A stretch of 64,000 nt of DNA from Takakia lepidozioides (Eukaryota > Plantae > Bryophyta), in the NCBI GenBank assembly GCA_030704615.1, contig CM060733.1, positions 59,086,001-59,150,000 on the forward strand, given 5' to 3'. Shown one piece after another: positions 59,296 through 64,000 of the stretch. The position numbers and the translations under genes were made by a program. The notes beneath the pieces were generated by a model. It had not been told where the DNA came from. It made no database searches and worked only from the letters and a program-made list of their open reading frames with translations. The first letter of the stretch is position 1; the number at the start of each line of letters is the position of its first letter.

Positions 59296-62200
59296 AACAT
59301 AATTGTGGGTTCCAATTGTACTCTCTGATTCTTGGAAGTTCTTTCGTGTTACATTTCATACACCTTTCTTGGAAGCCAAAAGCTAATGGAGCTCGACAGT
59401 ATGAGTACTACGCCGCAGGGGCACCGTGACTGTCTTTGAAACTGTAATGGTGGCTAACTTATGTGAGAAGAATCCATCAAACCTCCATACAGATCGCCGC
59501 CTCAAAATGCACCTAGCACGTCAAGCACCGTACTTGAGCTCTTATACTACTGGTCACCGATCTTATTCAATTTGAGAAGGAAACCATTGACGGCCCGTGC
59601 TCGCCTGCGGTTAGGGAAAAGCTTCAACTTGCTTACTTGATGAATGGGCGAAGTCGTTCCATCCAATACAAGTCTCATTCTTTGTTTTCCTTGTGGGATG
59701 TTGAGGAATTTGGGGAGATTGGCATTTATTCCGAAGCAAGTGAAGGCAGAAAGAACATCCTAAGCAGTCCATCAGTATAGACTTGCCAATTGATGAGTGA
59801 TCTTCAAGAGGTGACAATTGCCTGACTTGATCGCATCTGGACTTTCCCAAGGCTTCTTGGTCCCTTCTTGGTATCGAAAAAAGTAGATCTCAGAGTAGGC
59901 ACTTACAATGTCAGTCAGTTGTGGACTAATGCCTGGGCTGTGGCTGTCTCAAATGTTCTCAAACCGTTCTGCATTTGCACTGATTCACAAAAAAAACTGG
60001 CCTAGATAATTGGAACATTGAACAGCTTTCTCATTGTGATCCATTTGCAGTTGTTAGTGCTCGACTCCAGGGAGCCTTCTCAGTCTCTCTAATCATCCAT
60101 ATACTCCGTAGTAGTGGAAGCAAGCCACTCAAATGCATTGGCTGAGCCAGATGCAGAGTTCCCTCAAAATTCTCCACATCAGCGAGTCAGGAGCTACATG
60201 GTCGACTATTCTGTACTTGGAGAAGGAGCAGAACAGAACTCCTTTATGACTCAGACATCCACACCAGAGTTATTTGCCTGCAAGCCTTGGCCAATCTCAC
60301 AAGTTGCCCTAGTAGAACATAGAATAAAAAAGGCCTAGCAGCACATTAATAAGTGCCACACCTGCAATGCTAGATGCAGAGACTTTATGGATGAGAATTC
60401 ATGAATGATGGACTTCTGCACAAGGATGCACAACCGACCTCGTTTCAACTCACATACACTCTTTCATCAAGGAACCAACTTGATGGAAGTTCAATCGCCA
60501 CTCCATACTTTCATCTGATGGGGAGGGTTTGTTTGCCAGCTGATCTGAGGCACAAAGGTATGTGATCTGTGGTACTTTAAAATGCATCAACCACATTTCT
60601 CCCATTCAAACACATGCATCCACCACAAACAAATCTCACCCAAGGTCTTAACATCCACAAACTGCTTTCCAACACAGACCAACACAAAACTATGAACCAC
60701 ATTCAGCCAACTCACAGGGGCGCCAGCGCATGGTATTCCTGTAGGGAGCTATAGTGCGAGGCAAGGGCAAATTGGCAGCACTCAGGGAATGCTTTGACCC
60801 TTATCAAACCCACATAGCATCTTTCTGAGGTCCTACAGAGACAATCCAAAATCCAAACAGCAGAGGCCTACAACAATGAGATGAAAGAGCTTGGCAAGAC
60901 ATGTACAGTAGTGGCAAGGAGGTATCACGGCTATGGGGTTGTCTAACTTCTAGGCTTTCCTCCCGGAAAGATGAACAGAGTAGATAACAAGCAATGCACA
61001 TACCCGCGAACTCATCACCCTTGATGACCTCTTCCCAAATGAGGAGGACCTCCACAGTCCCCACCATGACGAAACATGTTCGTCTTGAATCCACTTCGGA
61101 TAATTGGGCGCCCACCTGCTTTCCCTCTGCTACAATAGACCTCTTGCTGGATATTCCCTCGCCCATGTCTGAGTGCAACGTCTAATCCTTGTGTAATTAG
61201 TTGACAATCTTGTCTGATCATACTTCCACTTTAAAAGTTACTTTCGGTTACCCAGGGAACAAATGATGAGCTGCCATGTCGGCCAATGGAGGTAAACAAC
61301 GTCTCATGAGTACATTCTCTCTATCCCACATACCCTGCTAGGTGGACTCGCTCAGGAGGGTTACTATCTTCCAGGACTTGCACTGCCAAAGGATGCTTGC
61401 AACTGTCAAGGTTTGAGGTCGCCATCATTGTCTTCTTGGCCGTTAATGGAATGGTAGAAGCGGTCTGCAAGTGATCAATGCTTGAAATTGAACCCATGGG
61501 TGCTGTGTGTCTTTTGAGATGTACAGCCTCAATGGCCAGGTACTGCCTCGTTGACAATTCCGCAGATTGACTTTTTCGTTATCTTTGATTAGCTTGGAAA
61601 AGAAAGGAGGGGACTATATAACAGCCACTGGGCTTTGAAAGAGCGAGAAAAAAAGAAGAGGGAAAAAATGTACATATTGCATCAACAGGAAGCCAGAGGA
61701 AGAAAGGCTCTTTGGGGGGGGGAGGGGGGGTGCTGGTTTGAATTTGAGCAGCAGCTTCTACATATCAGAGGTAATTCTGTGACCTGCAAAGCTACTGGTA
61801 GACCTCAACACCAAGGAATAGCAGGGAATATAGTTGAGGTTGTTGCAGCCCAACTACTAGATTTGGGGAGAAAGAACTTCGGGCCATACTTACTGCCAAG
61901 GCCTCTAGACATCACCAGATATGAAAGTTTCACAAGCTCTCTGAAAGCACTGTAGAAAAGGTTTCCATCTGTTGATTGTTAAGTGGGTCCATGGCATCAA
62001 CACTTTTTGTTGGTCAATTTTATGACGTGGTTCATAGCAGCTATTAATTGGGAATCTGGGTGCTTGGTCTAGGCCCACACAATATCAACGGTTGATGCCA
62101 TGCCCACCACAGATTCTACCACCTCGCATCGAGCTCATGCTGGTTGAGCAGGATGGGAACGTTGTCGATCTTATTTCCCATGCCCTTGCTCTTCCCCCTC

Positions 62201-62539
62201 TGTAAGTTCTCCTTCGCCACGACAATGCTTGAAGTGCTAAAGAGAGAGAGACATCCAGCAAGGAAAGAGAGTTTAGAATCCTTGTAAATGGCATTGATTA
62301 GCAACCTTCCATGGATCACATTGGCTATATTTGGATTGGAATTAGTAGATGGGATTTGAAGGGAAGGTTGAATATCTACCAGGGAATTGAGGTATCTGGT
62401 CTATACACGAAGGAAAAATCTTGAGGGCAGGGTAATCGATTGGTCAAATCAAATGGAATGAAGCTTCATCAGTACTGTGGCATCCTCAAGATTGATGAGC
62501 CCCTGCAATAAAATAGTAAACCAAATCCAGCAGTGCAGG

Positions 62540-62760
62540 GAGAGATGATGGACTCATAAGACTTAGCCTTGTGGCCATAGACCCGCGCCCAGTTTGGGCG
62601 GGACAAAAGGACCAGAAACTCCGGTAGTATGACTTACCTTTCCTGTTTGGCCATAAGCAAATATGGACACATTATAACCATCTAGACCCGCAGACTGTAC
62701 AAGAGGCTGGATGTCTTGGAAAATATCGCCTGTAACAAAGAATGCAAACTGTTATCCTCA
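62540..62760 (-). mobile_element. Diverged 3' fragment of the RTEX-like LINE
   Basis: ACTCATAAGAC..TAGCCTTGTGGCCAT.GACCCGCGCCCAGTTTG.GCGGG matches 49379-49440. Confidence 0.75.
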
Positions 62761-63300
62761 GAATATCACGATATTAATTCTAAGATCAGTCATCCATCTT
62801 GGAAATAAAAATAAATTACTAGGTTAGCTTCAAGCCCCCGTCATCAGACATTAGCAGTGATTCCATTCCCCGCACTCCACCCCAATTTACTTCTTTCTCT
62901 CCCAAATAGTAGATAATCACTCTACCGGGCCATGTCATTGAGAAGGCGATTGCGGCACTCTCCCCGCCATATAAGAAGATTGCGGCGCCCTCCCTCCAAT
63001 GGATGCAGGCGGCACAAAATGCCGACTCGGTTCATCCTCAATCTCGTACTCCCTGTACGACGGCAGCCCCCAGCCCCAGGAGTTTCGCACTCCTCCTCCT
63101 GTATCCCTCATCTGTCTACAGCTTTGAAATTGATCTAGAAAATGTTGTTCCAAACATGAGGGTGAAGTAGCTACAAAGAAAGGACAAAGTCCGAGTCACC
63201 TTTAAAGCTAGTCAAGGGATGGCAGTAACGATTCTTGAAGGCATTCAAATCCTAGGCAATGATAGCAAACCGCCCTGCTAAAACAAATGAAGGCACAACG

Positions 63301-64000
63301 TCATATAATAAGGTCGACAGGAATCTGCAGTGGTGGACCGGCGTACTGTGCATGCTGATTCAACGTGATACTCTCAACCACAGCAAGTGTGGCACCATAG
63401 TTGGCACCAATCCTAGCAGGTTGACCTAGGGAAGCAACCTGCCAACGCTCAATCAAGATTGTCCCTACTAAATTCTTGATGTGCAGGAAAATCTCGACTC
63501 GTATTTTCCCATCACTTTTCGTTAACCAGTATTTCAGATCATCTCGGAGCATTTATAGGGACTCCGAATCTCCAACCTCCACGACGACAAAGGATGGTCA
63601 GTCAGATAGCAAATGACGAGAAGAAGGCTTCCAAGCGACGTCGGGTTCCTTAGATCTCTCTTCCTAATTCCCGAATTTGGTGATCCAAGTGGTTTTATCG
63701 AGCTTCGTGTAGGATCACTCAACTCCTCAAATATATACTTAAACTCCTTTGGCACCAATCCTAGCAGGTTGACCTAGGGAAACAACCTGCCAACGCTCAA
63801 TCAAGATTGTCCCTACTAAATTCTTGATGTGCAGGAAAATCTCGACTCGTATTTTCCCATCACTTTTCGTTAACCAGTATTTCAGATCATCTCGGAGCAT
63901 TTCTAGGGACTCCGAATCTCCAACCTCCACGACAAAGGATGGTCAGTCAGATAGCAAATGACAAGAAGAAGGCTTCCAAGCGACGTCGGGTTCCTTAGAT
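63301..64000 (-). pseudogene. Tandemly duplicated (~348-bp period) PD-(D/E)XK restriction-endonuclease-like (Uma2/DUF820-like) pseudogene, running off the window end
   Basis: Manual translation: KPLGS/TKF..RSKEPDVAWKPSSRHLLSD*PSFVVEVGDSESLEMLRDDLKYWLTKSDGKIRVEIFLHIKNLVGTILIERWQ; repeat marker GGCACCAATCCTAGCAGG at 63403 and 63751. Confidence 0.7.

Overview
Eukaryotic nuclear DNA from a land plant, probably a non-seed plant (inference from the TE complement: chromovirus Ty3/gypsy, CRE-type LINE, piggyBac). Host genes, all on the minus strand: a 2-exon secreted LRR protein (691-2485), an intronless SLC25A44-like mitochondrial carrier (11694-12746), two tandem 2-exon ATL-type RING-H2 E3 ligases (15787-17348, 24874-26916), a 12-13 exon ATG14-like autophagy gene (46672-52967) and a frameshifted FkbM-type methyltransferase (58124-59295). 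The rest is a dense TE nest: L1-type LINEs, a TTAA/CCC..GGG piggyBac MITE plus a decayed intron-containing piggyBac transposase, a chromodomain Ty3/gypsy element lacking its 3' LTR whose partial gag-pol duplicate is fused in frame to a LINE C-terminus, a solo LTR with a 5-bp TSD, a second gypsy family, a CRE-type RLE LINE, RTEX-like LINE ends with (TC)n tails, 120-bp tandem repeats and a tandemly duplicated fungal-like PD-(D/E)XK nuclease pseudogene. The most striking unexplained signal is a ~650-nt, densely base-paired, multibranched RNA domain between the pol stop codon and the polypurine tract of the gypsy element (31512-32180). All calls come from manual translation and motif recognition; no database searches or folding programs were run.
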